64,000 nt of DNA, taken from assembly GCA_031549885.1 (NCBI GenBank), contig JAVBPD010000033.1, positions 22 to 64,021 of the forward strand. The letters run 5' to 3'. This DNA comes from Clostridiaceae bacterium. Its GTDB lineage: Bacteria > Bacillota > Clostridia > Clostridiales > Clostridiaceae. The notes beneath the pieces are model-generated. The model made no database searches, was not told the DNA's origin, and worked only from the letters and a program-made list of their open reading frames with translations. Made by a program: the position numbers and the translations under genes. This document shows positions 18,837 to 28,697 of this stretch, piece by piece (the stretch's first letter is position 1; each line of letters opens with the position of its first letter).

Positions 18837-19274
18837 TTAAGAATCTCTTTTTTTGCTTAGATAATAACCTAAAGTGAAATCTACAATCATAATAATGAGC
18901 CCAATAATTTGTATAGCAACATACATATTAGTTCCAAATAATGTGCTCACCTGTGCTGTTAAAGGACTAATAGAAGAACTAAACATTTGTGAAAAGCCTG
19001 CAAATAATAAATTTCTCTCTGCATCTGATTTAAATAAAAATTGCCAAATCCATATAATTAATGATATTATCCCTAATGAATTACCAACTAAAACAGCTTG
19101 CAGTATATTTACTTTTGCTTTTTTAAAATTTCCACCAACCCAAAACCAAAATATTAACATTATAATGGGCAACAAATAAAACAGTATATTTCCTAGGAAA
19201 ACAAATGTAACATTATAGATATAGCCAACAGTAACTGGCACTAAAATCAAGAAAAATAAATATAGCTTTTTCAT
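18837..19274 (-). CDS. Small integral membrane protein (4 TMs), unknown function
   Basis: Hydrophobic 145-aa ORF 27 nt downstream of iadA on the same strand. Confidence 0.55.
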   Translation of the reverse strand: MKKLYLFFLILVPVTVGYIYNVTFVFLGNILFYLLPIIMLIFWFWVGGNFKKAKVNILQAVLVGNSLGIISLIIWIWQFLFKSDAERNLLFAGFSQMFSSSISPLTAQVSTLFGTNMYVAIQIIGLIIMIVDFTLGYYLSKKRDS

Positions 19275-19301
19275 AACCCACCTTTCTATGCATAAATATT
19301 T

Positions 19302-20468
19302 TTAAATCTTCTCAAATTGAGAAAACTTCTTTACATCATAATCCCAAAGTGCCTTTTCTCCTTTAGATATGACTCCAAATAAATCATAATTTTCATCTAA
19401 AATATTTATATTCGCAAAAGATCCTTCAAATATCCTTCCTTCTTTAGGAAGTTTTAATAGAACAGATGGATTAAAAGTAAATGGCAAAAGAGCATCTTCC
19501 ATATTCACGCCTTTTTTTAAGAGCTTTATTAAGCATTTAAATTGAGATAAAAGGTCGCCAACTCCTAATTTTAATAGCTTGCCATTTTCATCAAATGAAG
19601 GCATGCTTCCTCCACCATCTGAGCTCATGGTTATATGATTTTTATTTACACCACTTTCTAAAGCCTTCACATATGCATCCTCAGGATTTTCACCTTTATC
19701 ATCCTTTTTATTTATTCCTGAAGTTATATCGAAATAACCACCCTTTTTCCCAAACTCTATAACCTCTAAAAATAGCTTGCTATTTCTATTTACATGAGTT
19801 GGAAGTATGTTTTCATAAGGAGTATCTGAATTTTCAAAAATATCTAAAACAGGCTTTAATCCTCCCTTTCCATCTCCTAAATGTAGATGAAGTATTCCAC
19901 ATTTACCAGATAAAAGCCCACCTACTCTTGCTTCAGATGCAATATAAGTTAACTCATTAACTGTAGGGTTGCTGCTTCTATGGTCTGATACAGCAACCTC
20001 TCCTATTCCTATTATTTTATCTATTAAAACAATATCGCTTCTTGGATTTTGGCTTATAATGCGAGTTGGAATTTCATAGGAACCAGTCCAAATATAAGTG
20101 TTTATTCCTTCTTCATCAAGTGCTCTTGCTTTACCTAAAAGCTGAGGAAGGCTTCTTGTAACTGCATCTGTTCCTAAAAGTCCAACTGCTGTTGTAATAC
20201 CTCCTTTTATAAAGCTAGAAAGATATAATTCAGGGGTTCTAGTTGTAAAACCACCTTCTCCACCACCACCTATCATATGCACATGAAGATCTATAAGGCC
20301 AGGTATAACAGCCTTTCCTTTTAAATCAATTTCTTCAACGTAAAAAAAATCATCCTTAGGGCATTTAATGCAATCAGAAATTTTAAGTATTTTATCAAAA
20401 CATAAAAGTATATCCTTTTTTCCTAAATAAAATGGGCTATATACATTGCAATTTTTTAATAATATCAT
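19302..20468 (-). CDS. iadA: Isoaspartyl (beta-aspartyl) dipeptidase
   Basis: Close end-to-end resemblance to E. coli IadA as I remember it: PGLIDLHVHMIGGGGEGGFTTRTPE, VSDHRSS, LPTHVNRN, SSDGGGS. Confidence 0.85.
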   Translation of the reverse strand: MILLKNCNVYSPFYLGKKDILLCFDKILKISDCIKCPKDDFFYVEEIDLKGKAVIPGLIDLHVHMIGGGGEGGFTTRTPELYLSSFIKGGITTAVGLLGTDAVTRSLPQLLGKARALDEEGINTYIWTGSYEIPTRIISQNPRSDIVLIDKIIGIGEVAVSDHRSSNPTVNELTYIASEARVGGLLSGKCGILHLHLGDGKGGLKPVLDIFENSDTPYENILPTHVNRNSKLFLEVIEFGKKGGYFDITSGINKKDDKGENPEDAYVKALESGVNKNHITMSSDGGGSMPSFDENGKLLKLGVGDLLSQFKCLIKLLKKGVNMEDALLPFTFNPSVLLKLPKEGRIFEGSFANINILDENYDLFGVISKGEKALWDYDVKKFSQFEKI

Positions 20469-20620
20469 AAACTTCTCAATTCCTTAACAATTATTTTTTT
20501 AAATTTTAGTATTCTCTAAAACTTTAAATTTTACTATCTTTATATAACAACATCATCATAGCAGAAAATTATATTTAAATCTACTAAACTATAAACTAAC
20601 ATTTTACCTTACTCTTATAA

Positions 20621-20636
20621 TGCAATATAGCTGCCA
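20621..20636 (-). promoter_or_regulatory. Predicted sigma-54 (-24/-12) promoter upstream of iadA
   Basis: The minus strand reads TGGCAGCTATATTGCA, matching the TGGCAC-N5-TTGCA consensus at 15 of 16 positions with correct GG-N10-GC spacing. Lies about 150 nt upstream of the iadA ATG, divergent from the enhancer-binding protein gene. Confidence 0.65.
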
Positions 20637-20784
20637 TTATTGATGAGCTATAGGCTAAGTGAGCACAAACATATTGAATAAATAATTTCTATGTGCTAAA
20701 ATATAATAGCAATGTTATACATATTTTTGTATAAATTCCCATAAAAATATATATTAGTATTATTCTTTATAATTAAAGGGAAGA

Positions 20785-22518
20785 GTGGTTGTTGTGAATT
20801 CAATTTATTTAAACTATGAAAGAGTTCAATATGTGCTTGAAACCATATCAAATATTTTAAACCTGCATATTGAAATGGTTGATGATTCTCTAATAAGAGT
20901 TTGTGGAACTGGTATACTTAAAAAACATATTGGAGAAAAAGTAGTTTTAAATGGTATAGTTTCACAATTATTGGTTGATCAAAAATGCACAAAAGCTATA
21001 ATCATTGACAAAGACAAAGATGAACAATGTAAAATTTGCATGGCAACAAATAACGGTATATGCAGATACAAAAAAGCTGTATTTCAAACCATAGAATTTG
21101 AAAACAAAATCATTGGAGCTCTCGGAATTGCAAGTATGGATATCGATGATGACAAAGAGTTTTTAAAACATAGCGAAACTGCTCTATGGAAACTTTTAGA
21201 AAAAATGAGCAACCTTGTTTTCACTTGTATTGAGGACAGTAAAACATTAAAGCAACTTGAATATTCTAATGAAATTATTTCTAAAATCATAAATAAAACT
21301 GATGCAGGTATATTAATATTAGATGAATTTGCTAGAATTCAGTACATGAACGATTTTTGTGAAAAAAAGTTCTATATAAATCGAAACGATTGTCTAAATA
21401 AAAACATCAAAACAATTTTACCAGGTCTTGATTTAAATAAAAATAAAAATAAACTAAACTATAATGGAAAAAATATAGACTATAAAATAGAAAATATAAA
21501 AAATGAGCTAGATTGTATGAAAAAATCTATAATATATCTTACTAATACTAAAGAATCAACCGATAATTATCCCATTAATAATATGAACAACATTTGGAGC
21601 ATTGATAATGATTTTTTAGATTTCAAAAACTTAGTTTTACAGTTCTCTAAAACAGAATCAACTATCTTACTAGTAGGTGAAACAGGTACTGGAAAAGAGC
21701 TATTTGCCAAATCAATTCATGACAATAGTACACGATCAAACAATCCTTTTATTGTAATAAATTGCAATACAATACCAGATTCTTTAATTGAAAGCACGCT
21801 ATTTGGATATGAAAAAGGTTCTTTTACAGGTGCAAGCACAACAGGAAAAGAAGGTAAATTTTTTGCGGCAAATAACGGTACAATATTTTTAGATGAGATT
21901 GAAGCTATTCCTTTACATATTCAAACAAAATTATTAAGGGTGATAGAAAATCGCACTATTGAAAAGGTTGGTGGCATTAAAGAAATTCCTATAAACATTA
22001 GAATTATTGGAGCTACAAACATTTCACTAGAAAAGCTTGTTGAAGAAGGTAAATTTAGAGAAGATTTATACCACAGACTTAATGTTGTAACTTTAAATAT
22101 ACCTCCACTTAGAGAAAGAAGAAAAGACATTCTATTTCTAGCTACAAAGTTCTTAGAAGTCCAAGCAAAAAATCTAGAAAAAAACATACATGGCCTTGAT
22201 GAAGAATTAAAAAATATATTTTTAAATCATCGTTGGAAAGGAAATGTACGTGAATTAAAAAATGTAATCGAATATGCAGCTATTCTTGAAAAATCCGAAT
22301 ATTTAACTAAGAGTTCTCTTCCTAAAAACTTTTTTATACCAAAAGCAGTACAACAAATTAAGACAATGGCTGAAACAGAAAAAGAACAAATTCTTCAATG
22401 CCTAAAGATATATGGGTGTACAAATGAAGGAAAACAAAATGCTGCAAGTGCCCTTGGTATAAGCCGTGCAACTTTATACAGAAAAATAAAAGAATACTCT
22501 ATTTCTGTTTTTGAATAA
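20785..22518 (+). CDS. Sigma-54-dependent transcriptional activator (bEBP): N-terminal sensor, PAS-like region, AAA+ domain, Fis-type HTH
   Basis: Walker A GETGTGKELFA, sigma-54 contact loop GYEKGSFTGA, RVIENRTIEKVGG, C-terminal AASALGISRATLYRKI. GTG start at 20785 or 20794. Confidence 0.9.
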   Translation: MVVVNSIYLNYERVQYVLETISNILNLHIEMVDDSLIRVCGTGILKKHIGEKVVLNGIVSQLLVDQKCTKAIIIDKDKDEQCKICMATNNGICRYKKAVFQTIEFENKIIGALGIASMDIDDDKEFLKHSETALWKLLEKMSNLVFTCIEDSKTLKQLEYSNEIISKIINKTDAGILILDEFARIQYMNDFCEKKFYINRNDCLNKNIKTILPGLDLNKNKNKLNYNGKNIDYKIENIKNELDCMKKSIIYLTNTKESTDNYPINNMNNIWSIDNDFLDFKNLVLQFSKTESTILLVGETGTGKELFAKSIHDNSTRSNNPFIVINCNTIPDSLIESTLFGYEKGSFTGASTTGKEGKFFAANNGTIFLDEIEAIPLHIQTKLLRVIENRTIEKVGGIKEIPINIRIIGATNISLEKLVEEGKFREDLYHRLNVVTLNIPPLRERRKDILFLATKFLEVQAKNLEKNIHGLDEELKNIFLNHRWKGNVRELKNVIEYAAILEKSEYLTKSSLPKNFFIPKAVQQIKTMAETEKEQILQCLKIYGCTNEGKQNAASALGISRATLYRKIKEYSISVFE

Positions 22519-22539
22519 TAATCAGGTGAGGTGTGATTT

Positions 22540-23844
22540 TTGGAAATAATATTAAGCCAAGATATTAAAATGAAGCAAAGACTTATGTTAACACCTATGC
22601 AGCAGCATTCTTTAAATATTTTACAAATGCCTCTAATAATTCTTTGTGAAAATATTTCAAAGGAACTAAATGAGAACCCATTTTTAGAAATTGAAAATGA
22701 GGATAAATACAGCATTTCAAATTCAGAATATAAAAATAAATCTCCATTAGATACACAAGATAAATTTAATTTTCTTCAAGAAAAAAAAACATTAAAAGAT
22801 CATTTAATTGAACAAGCGGGCTATTTAAAAGAATCTCCAAATACTATTAAAATAATTTATTACATCATTGAAAATATTGATAAAAAAGGTTATTTTCATG
22901 AAACAGCGTCTGAACTTGCAAAAGAATTAAAAATTCATGAAAAATTAGCTGATTATGCCATAAAAAAAGTACAAGATTTTACCCCTGATGGTGTTTGTGC
23001 AAGAAATCTTGAAGAGTGTTTATGTATACAATTGCGAAAAAAAAATTATACTGATGAAAAACTATATGAACTTGTAAATAATTATCTTTTATTAATGTCT
23101 AAGAATAAGATAAAGGAACTAGCATGTAAGCTTAATTTAAAATCTTCAACTGTGTTAAAATATTGCAATATAATAAAATCTTTAGAGCCTAAACCTTCTA
23201 GAGGATTTTACAATGAAACAAATGTCTATATAATACCAGAAGCTTTTATAAATATAATGGACTCTGAAATTATAATATCAATTAATGACGATTTTTTACC
23301 AGATATTAAGTTATCAAAATATTATAAAGATATTATGAAAAATGTAAACGATGATAAGACAAAAGAATATCTAAACAATAAACTAAATTCAGCTAAAAAC
23401 TTGCTAATTTCTTTAAACAATAGACGTAAAACTTTAACTAAAATATTAGAGCATATTGCAATTATACAAAATGATTATTTTTTAAAAGGTGATAAGTATT
23501 TGAAGCAAATGTCCTTTAAAGACATTGCTCAAAGAATTGGAATCAATGAATCAACTGTAAGTCGAGCAATAAAAGATAAATTTATTCAAACTCCTGTTAA
23601 AATAATAAAAATAAAGGATATGTTTTCAACAGGGTATGACACCATTAATATTTCATCAAAGATGTTAAAAAACGAAATTAAATTAATTATACAGAATGAA
23701 AATAAAGAAAAACCTTTATCTGATAGTGAAATTAAATGTATTTTAGAAAATCAAAATTATAACATTTCTAGAAGAACAGTAGCCAAGTATCGTGAAAGCC
23801 TTGGCATACTGTCATCATCTGGGAGAAAACAATATATTACATAA
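22540..23844 (+). CDS. rpoN: RNA polymerase sigma-54 factor
   Basis: N-terminal region I (MKQRLMLTPMQQHSLNILQMP) and C-terminal RpoN box ISRRTVAKYRESLGI. About 430 aa. TTG at 22540 has a GGTGAGGTG ribosome-binding site; ATG at 22570 is an alternative start. Confidence 0.9.
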   Translation: MEIILSQDIKMKQRLMLTPMQQHSLNILQMPLIILCENISKELNENPFLEIENEDKYSISNSEYKNKSPLDTQDKFNFLQEKKTLKDHLIEQAGYLKESPNTIKIIYYIIENIDKKGYFHETASELAKELKIHEKLADYAIKKVQDFTPDGVCARNLEECLCIQLRKKNYTDEKLYELVNNYLLLMSKNKIKELACKLNLKSSTVLKYCNIIKSLEPKPSRGFYNETNVYIIPEAFINIMDSEIIISINDDFLPDIKLSKYYKDIMKNVNDDKTKEYLNNKLNSAKNLLISLNNRRKTLTKILEHIAIIQNDYFLKGDKYLKQMSFKDIAQRIGINESTVSRAIKDKFIQTPVKIIKIKDMFSTGYDTINISSKMLKNEIKLIIQNENKEKPLSDSEIKCILENQNYNISRRTVAKYRESLGILSSSGRKQYIT

Positions 23845-23874
23845 ATATATAAAATTAAATACTGGTATATTAAG

Positions 23875-23946
23875 AGCACATTGAATAGCTGATGAATATG
23901 GGGGCATATCGCTGCATTCAAGTAAAAGTGCTTTTATATTTTTTAT
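23875..23946 (+). terminator. Imperfect long hairpin plus T-run after rpoN
   Basis: AGCAC/GTGCT and TTGAAT/ATTCAA stems with internal loops, followed by TTTTATATTTTTT. Confidence 0.45.
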
Positions 23947-23954
23947 ATAATAAA

Positions 23955-24671
23955 CTAAGCAATTCCTAAATACATTTTGCGTATGCTATCATCATTTTTT
24001 ATAGTGCCACTATCTCCATGCATAACAATTCTTCCATGTTCTAAAACATATGCGCTATCAGAAATTTCAAGTGTTGTATTGACATTTTGCTCAACAATCA
24101 ATGTGGTAACATTATCCTTCTTTAATTTCATTAGTGTTTCAAATACAAGTACAACATTTTGAGGTGAAAGCCCCATAGAAGGTTCATCAAGCATAATCAT
24201 TTTAGGATTTGCCATTAATCCCCTTGCTATAGCAAGCATTTGGCGCTCCCCTCCAGACATAGTTCCTGCAAGCTGCTTTTTACGTTCAAAGAGCCTTGGA
24301 AATAGTGAATACACATATTCTAAATTTGATTTTATTTTTGCACTATTTCTTATTGTATAAGCACCTAATACTAAATTATCTTCTACAGTCATTGAAATAA
24401 ACAAATTTCTTTCTTCTGGCACAAAACATAACCCTAGATTTATAAGCTCATGAGATTGATATTTTGATAAATCTTTATCACAAAAAAATACCTTACCTGA
24501 TTTTGGTTTTAAAATACCTCCAATAGTCTTTAAAATTGTTGTTTTACCTGCGCCATTTGAACCTAAAAGCGCCACTATTTTTCCATCTGGAATATTTAAT
24601 GAAACATCCCATACAACTTGCAAATTCCCATATGCAATATTTAAATTGTCAACTTTTAGTATAGAAATCAC
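23955..24671 (-). CDS. livF: Branched-chain-amino-acid-type ABC transporter ATP-binding protein (LivF-like)
   Basis: GSNGAGKTT, LSGGERQMLAIARGL, LDEPSMGLSP. Confidence 0.85.
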   Translation of the reverse strand: MISILKVDNLNIAYGNLQVVWDVSLNIPDGKIVALLGSNGAGKTTILKTIGGILKPKSGKVFFCDKDLSKYQSHELINLGLCFVPEERNLFISMTVEDNLVLGAYTIRNSAKIKSNLEYVYSLFPRLFERKKQLAGTMSGGERQMLAIARGLMANPKMIMLDEPSMGLSPQNVVLVFETLMKLKKDNVTTLIVEQNVNTTLEISDSAYVLEHGRIVMHGDSGTIKNDDSIRKMYLGIA

Positions 24672-24707
24672 CCCCTAAATTAGTAATTTCCCATTTTAGC
24701 ATACTTT

Positions 24708-25439
24708 TTAAAGCATGTAATTATCACCTAAATAGGCCTTAATAACTTTTTCATTTGAAACAATATCTTTTGGTATCCCTTCAGCAAGCAATTCACCAAA
24801 ATAAAGCACTGCAATTTTATCACAAACCTCCATAATAAGCTTCATCAAATGTTCAACAATAATTATGGTTACATTTAAAGATTTCCTTACTTTTTTGATA
24901 AGTGTAGTAATATCATTAAGCTCACTAGGTGTTAATCCTGCCGCAACCTCATCTAATATTAAGACTTTGCAATTTGCAGTTAGTGCTCTTGCAAGTTCGA
25001 TTTGCTTTAATTGTACAGTGTTTAAATTTCTTGCAAGAGTCATAGGATCTTGCATAAAACCAACAAATTCAAGGTTCTCTAAGGCCCTTCTTTGAGCTTC
25101 TTCACTAGATTGATGCCCTGCAAAGATACCTCCTACCATAACATTTTGAGCTGCAGTAAAGTCAGGCAACGATTTTACAATTTGAAAAGTTCTACATATT
25201 CCAAGCTGCGCAATCTTATGTGGTTTTAATCCCTTAATATTTTTGCCATTATATAAAATAGTTCCTTGTTCAGGGTTATGCGTACCCAAAATGCAATTTA
25301 ACAAGGTAGTCTTTCCTGCACCATTTGGTCCAATAAGCCCATAAATACTTCCTTCTTCCACTGAAATAGTTACATTTTTATTAGCTTGAAGACCACCAAA
25401 AGATTTAGATACAGAATTTAGTTCCAGTATATTGGGCAT
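24708..25439 (-). CDS. livG: Branched-chain-amino-acid-type ABC transporter ATP-binding protein (LivG-like)
   Basis: SFGGLQA, GPNGAGKTT, ILDEVAAGL. Confidence 0.85.
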   Translation of the reverse strand: MPNILELNSVSKSFGGLQANKNVTISVEEGSIYGLIGPNGAGKTTLLNCILGTHNPEQGTILYNGKNIKGLKPHKIAQLGICRTFQIVKSLPDFTAAQNVMVGGIFAGHQSSEEAQRRALENLEFVGFMQDPMTLARNLNTVQLKQIELARALTANCKVLILDEVAAGLTPSELNDITTLIKKVRKSLNVTIIIVEHLMKLIMEVCDKIAVLYFGELLAEGIPKDIVSNEKVIKAYLGDNYML

Positions 25440-25451
25440 TTTTTTACCCCC

Positions 25452-26765
25452 TTATTTAACGTAGTCTGGTATTACAACATCTTGCTCTTTTTGATTTGCA
25501 GGCCAAACAGGATGCATTTTTCCATCTAAATATTGTATAACTGGGAACATATAATAATCTTGTCCAACTTCCATATCCGGGAAATTTTCAGATGTAAATT
25601 TATATTCTTTATGAACAACTCCATCTGTATAAGTGAGCTTTCCAGTCATTACTTGCTCTTCAGCACACTTCATAAGGTTTTCTGTTGTAAGTTCACCATA
25701 TGTTTCATTAGTTGTTTGAAGAACTTTTATAAAATAATTTGTCCAGTCATAGCACATACCTGCAGTTGATGGACTTGGGTCCATATTAAATTTTGTCTTA
25801 AAATCTTCAACAAACTTTTTAGCCTTATCTGATGTGTATAGTGGAATTTGATCAATTATATAATTCGATGCTTCCCCTGTTAATTCATACCATTCTCCTA
25901 CCCATCCAAGTCCATCCATTATTATCATAGAAGGTAAATTTAACTCTTTTGATTGTTTAATAAATGAAGAACTTGCAGGTGCATCTGACATTGTTCCTAC
26001 CATTAAGCTAACTTCCTTAGATTTAAATTTGTTTAATAGTGGATAATACTCTGTTTCTCCAATTGGAACCCATTCTTCATCTACACATGTCCATCCTTTA
26101 GCTTCAAATGATTCTTTTACAGTTGACCCAAACATTCTTCCCCAGTCTTGGTCAACTCCAAATACTGCAAAGTTTTTATTTTTAGGAGTCCAAAGGCCTT
26201 TTTGTATAGCCTCTTCAATTGTTTCAACATATCCATCTACTAGCTTAGATGGAGTTGGCCATGCTTTTCCTACCCAATATTTATATTTTTCAGGATCTTT
26301 TTGATATTTTTCATTTACTTCAATTCCTGCTCCAAAACTGAAAAAATGAGGCATTTTATACTTTGCTGCAACTTCCATACATGCAACTGATACCCAGCTG
26401 TTCCAATCCATGAAGCCTACATCTATTTTATCTTGAGTAATTGCACGTTCATAAGCTCTAGTAGCTTTTTCAGCATCAGATTCATCATCTATATATACAA
26501 TCTCAATTTTATAATCTCCAACTTTATAATTAATTGCTTCAAATGCCATTTGTGCAGCAGCTTTAAATTCATCACCTACACGAGCCCCTGGTCCTGTAAA
26601 TGGTCCCATCATGCCTACTTTTAAAACCTTTTCACCGCTTCCTGCATTTGCAAAAGCTGATGAATCCGAACCATTTCCTGATTCTGTTTTAGGAGCGCAT
26701 CCGGAAATTGTTGTTAATAAAACCATGCCAAGCATACCAGCAATAACCTTTTTTAACATATACAA
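25452..26765 (-). CDS. LIV-type ABC substrate-binding lipoprotein (periplasmic binding protein type 1)
   Basis: Lipobox LTTISGC. LKVGMMGPFTGPGARVGDEF is typical of LivJ/K-like binding proteins. Confidence 0.8.
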   Translation of the reverse strand: MYMLKKVIAGMLGMVLLTTISGCAPKTESGNGSDSSAFANAGSGEKVLKVGMMGPFTGPGARVGDEFKAAAQMAFEAINYKVGDYKIEIVYIDDESDAEKATRAYERAITQDKIDVGFMDWNSWVSVACMEVAAKYKMPHFFSFGAGIEVNEKYQKDPEKYKYWVGKAWPTPSKLVDGYVETIEEAIQKGLWTPKNKNFAVFGVDQDWGRMFGSTVKESFEAKGWTCVDEEWVPIGETEYYPLLNKFKSKEVSLMVGTMSDAPASSSFIKQSKELNLPSMIIMDGLGWVGEWYELTGEASNYIIDQIPLYTSDKAKKFVEDFKTKFNMDPSPSTAGMCYDWTNYFIKVLQTTNETYGELTTENLMKCAEEQVMTGKLTYTDGVVHKEYKFTSENFPDMEVGQDYYMFPVIQYLDGKMHPVWPANQKEQDVVIPDYVK

Positions 26766-26784
26766 AACCCCTCTTTATTAATTT

Positions 26785-27771
26785 TTATATAACTTTTTTT
26801 CCAAATTTATATTTTAAACTCTCAATAAATCCTGCAATACCTTTTGGATAATAAATCATAATCATAATCATTAGCAGCCCATAAAGTATAATCCTAAATT
26901 CCATAAGACCTTTCATATAATCCATTACAGGTATTAGCACAATAGCACAAAGTAAACTGCCCCATATTTTACCACGACCTCCAATATAAGCAAGCGCCAT
27001 TATTTCCACAGTATTGCTTGTTTGGAATAATTTAGGTAATATAATGCCAGAAAAATGAGCATAAAAAGCTCCAACAAGTCCTCCTATTGCACAAGAAAGT
27101 GTAAAATTTATAATTTTATATTTACTAGGGTCAATTCCAGCTGCTTGAGCTGCTTCAACATCTTGTCCTATGGCTCTAAAGGCTGTACCAATATTTGATT
27201 TTGTAATAACCATCAAAGCTATATATACAGCAATTAGTATTATAAACAAGGTATAGAATATCCCAGTATAAGTTGTTGCATCTATTAATGGATCTACACC
27301 TAATCCTTTTGAACCATCTGTTAAAGAAACCCAGTTTGTGGCAACTGCAAATAATGCAAGTGCCACAAACCAAGTCATACATGATGCAAAAATTCCTCCA
27401 AGTCTTATGGTTAAAAGTCCCAGTAAAAAACCAGCTATCCCTGCTGTTATAAATCCACAAAAAAGGCCAATCCATGGACTCATTCCTAATTTTGTAGAAA
27501 GTATTGCGCTAGTATAAGCCCCAATGCCCCAAAATGCCGAAAAGCCAAAATTTGTAATATTTATAAATCCAGAAGTAAAATCAAATGCCATTGCAAATAC
27601 GCCATACATCATTGCTGATATCATAAGCCTTACAATTGCATTATCTGTTACGAATATGGGTATAAGACCAAGTAATATCAATGAAATTAATCCTACAGGT
27701 GTAAGACCTACTCTTTGTAAATTATTTCTCATGCTAGGATAAAGGCTAGCTCTCTGTAAATCAGTTTTCAT
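26785..27771 (-). CDS. livM: LIV-type ABC permease (LivM-like)
   Basis: Polytopic. Gene order and FGFSAFWGIGAYTSA-type motifs. Confidence 0.8.
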   Translation of the reverse strand: MKTDLQRASLYPSMRNNLQRVGLTPVGLISLILLGLIPIFVTDNAIVRLMISAMMYGVFAMAFDFTSGFINITNFGFSAFWGIGAYTSAILSTKLGMSPWIGLFCGFITAGIAGFLLGLLTIRLGGIFASCMTWFVALALFAVATNWVSLTDGSKGLGVDPLIDATTYTGIFYTLFIILIAVYIALMVITKSNIGTAFRAIGQDVEAAQAAGIDPSKYKIINFTLSCAIGGLVGAFYAHFSGIILPKLFQTSNTVEIMALAYIGGRGKIWGSLLCAIVLIPVMDYMKGLMEFRIILYGLLMIMIMIYYPKGIAGFIESLKYKFGKKVI

Positions 27772-27791
27772 TCAACATTAATCCCTCCTCA

Positions 27792-28691
27792 TTATTCAAC
27801 AGCACTCTTAACACCTTTTTTACCAAAAAGACCATTAGGTTTCACAAGTAGGATAATAATAATAATGCCAAGGCTTATAAGATCCATCCAACCAGAACTA
27901 AAAATGTTTACAGCAACTGTCTCTAAAAATCCTACTATTAATCCACCTACAATTCCAGCCTCCACATTTCCCATACCTACAAGTATTAATACAAACCATG
28001 ATTTATTTAAAGCAGATATACCCATAAGTGGATTAGCAGGAATAATTGATAACAAACATGCTCCTGCTATTGCTGCAAGTGAACAGCTAAGTGCAAATGT
28101 AAGAGTATAAATAAAGCTTAAATTTACGCCAATAAGTTTTGCACCAATTGGATCTTGTGAAACTGCTCTTATAGCTTTTCCTGTTCTTGTATAGTTTAAA
28201 AAATACATAAGAGCTGCAATGGATATAATTGAAACAGCAAAAGCAAAAATCCTATCGTTAGCAACGCTCATTCCAAGAACTTTAAATGAACCATTAAAAT
28301 ATCCTTGTTTAATACCATAGTTTTTAGAACCAGCAATAAGCCTCATTGATTGTTGCATTATGATTGAAAGTCCAAGGGTTAAAAGAAAAGTGTTCATAAG
28401 CCAATTTTTTTGACTTTTCTTTCTTAAAGGTACAAAAAGAACTCTTTCAACAAGTATCCCAAAGATAAAAACAAACACTCCAGCAGCTAAAACGCTGAGT
28501 ATAGGATTAAGCCCTAAAACTATAAATGCAAAATAAGATACAAATGCACCTAACATATAAAATTCACCGTGTGCAAAATTTGCAATATTTATTACACCAA
28601 ATACCAGCGAAAGCCCCACAGCCATCAAGGAATAAAAGCTCCCCCTTAGAATAGAAGTTATAAGTGCATCAACAATATCCAAAAACATCAC
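27792..28691 (-). CDS. livH: LIV-type ABC permease (LivH-like)
   Basis: GSFYSLMAVGLSLVFGVINIANFAHGEFYMLGAF is a typical LivH N-terminus. Confidence 0.8.
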   Translation of the reverse strand: MMFLDIVDALITSILRGSFYSLMAVGLSLVFGVINIANFAHGEFYMLGAFVSYFAFIVLGLNPILSVLAAGVFVFIFGILVERVLFVPLRKKSQKNWLMNTFLLTLGLSIIMQQSMRLIAGSKNYGIKQGYFNGSFKVLGMSVANDRIFAFAVSIISIAALMYFLNYTRTGKAIRAVSQDPIGAKLIGVNLSFIYTLTFALSCSLAAIAGACLLSIIPANPLMGISALNKSWFVLILVGMGNVEAGIVGGLIVGFLETVAVNIFSSGWMDLISLGIIIIILLVKPNGLFGKKGVKSAVE

Positions 28692-28697
28692 CTCTTT

